This document shows positions 62,221-64,000 of a stretch of DNA of 64,000 nt, one piece after another. Positions within the stretch are counted from its first letter, which is position 1. Each line of letters starts with the position of its first letter. Source of the DNA: Gemmatimonas sp. GTDB lineage: Bacteria > Pseudomonadota > Alphaproteobacteria > SMXQ01. The translations under genes and the position numbers were made by a program. The notes under the pieces were generated by a model. It had not been told where the DNA came from. It worked only from the letters and a program-made list of their open reading frames with translations, and did not search any database. The stretch is from assembly GCA_050260515.1 (NCBI GenBank), contig JBLNCI010000043.1:79880-143879 (forward strand). The letters are read 5' to 3'.

Positions 62221-63753
<1,533 letters not shown>

Positions 63754-63792
63754 GCGCTTCGGGCGATCGCTGACCTTTCGAGGATCAGGAAA

Positions 63793-63815
63793 GGCGGCGG
63801 CGACGCCGCCTTTTT
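63793..63815 (+). terminator. Rho-independent terminator (GGCGGCG-GCGA-CGCCGCC + TTTTT) after the helicase gene
   Basis: 7-bp GC stem + T-run, 40 nt after the stop codon. Confidence 0.7.
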
Positions 63816-63819
63816 CGCG

Positions 63820-64000
63820 TCAGGAAGGCTGCCGCCGCGTCGTCGGCCGCACCGGATGCGGCGGGACGAGCTGCGCCTGCGCCGTCCGCAGGCAGCGCCA
63901 CAGCTCCTCGATGTAGGGCGCGATCTCGATCGCCACCGCGGCGCCGAGCGTCGTCACGACGTAGGCGACCGGCAAAGGCGGCGTCTTCCACTGCAACGCC
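63820..64000 (-). CDS. C-terminal fragment of an unidentified protein (gene continues beyond window end)
   Basis: Minus-strand open frame ...LQWKTPPLPVAYVVTTLGAAVAIEIAPYIEELWRCLRTAQAQL... ending at TGA 63820-63822, coding-like GC3. No family assignment possible. Confidence 0.3.
   Translation of the reverse strand, partial: ALQWKTPPLPVAYVVTTLGAAVAIEIAPYIEELWRCLRTAQAQLVPPHPVRPTTRRQPS

Overview
High-GC (~67%) alphaproteobacterial chromosome segment; the gene order and REP-like repeats look like Bradyrhizobiaceae (Bradyrhizobium/Rhodopseudomonas-like), but this cannot be confirmed without a search. Two thirds of the window is a minus-strand core block: pyrH' (partial), tsf, rpsB, dnaE, lolD, lolC, proS, a secreted hypothetical, tag, a DUF1467 protein, RNase J, coaX, birA, and the complete nuoN-to-nuoA NADH dehydrogenase operon (five ATGA stop/start overlaps). 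This is followed by tRNA-Asp, tRNA-Val, hup, lon, clpX, clpP, tig and tRNA-Leu. On the right are glnB-glnA (sigma-54 promoter), an O-methyltransferase, parE, two paralogous lipoproteins and a DEAD-box helicase. Between tRNA-Leu (36261-36345) and tRNA-His (53758-53834) lies a ~17 kb accessory-looking block. It holds an Nnr NAD(P)HX-repair enzyme with an unusual N-terminal Cro/YdaS-like HTH extension. It holds dadA, a SHOCT membrane protein, and two tandem ~47-49 aa lipoproteins (plus a third related 57-aa secreted peptide) that the ORF track missed. It also holds a putative aromatic or hydroxy-acid catabolic cluster: an extradiol-dioxygenase-like VOC protein, two FAH-family enzymes, an ACMSD-type amidohydrolase, two orphan TctC-type binding proteins, and an AraC regulator with iterated operator-like repeats. 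A GFA protein, a methyltransferase, a DinB-family protein and an MCP complete the block. No CRISPR arrays, integrases, transposases or classical defense genes were recognised. The most unusual items are the HTH-Nnr fusion with its repeat-bearing divergent promoter, the unannotated micro-lipoprotein family, and the tRNA-bounded catabolic islet.
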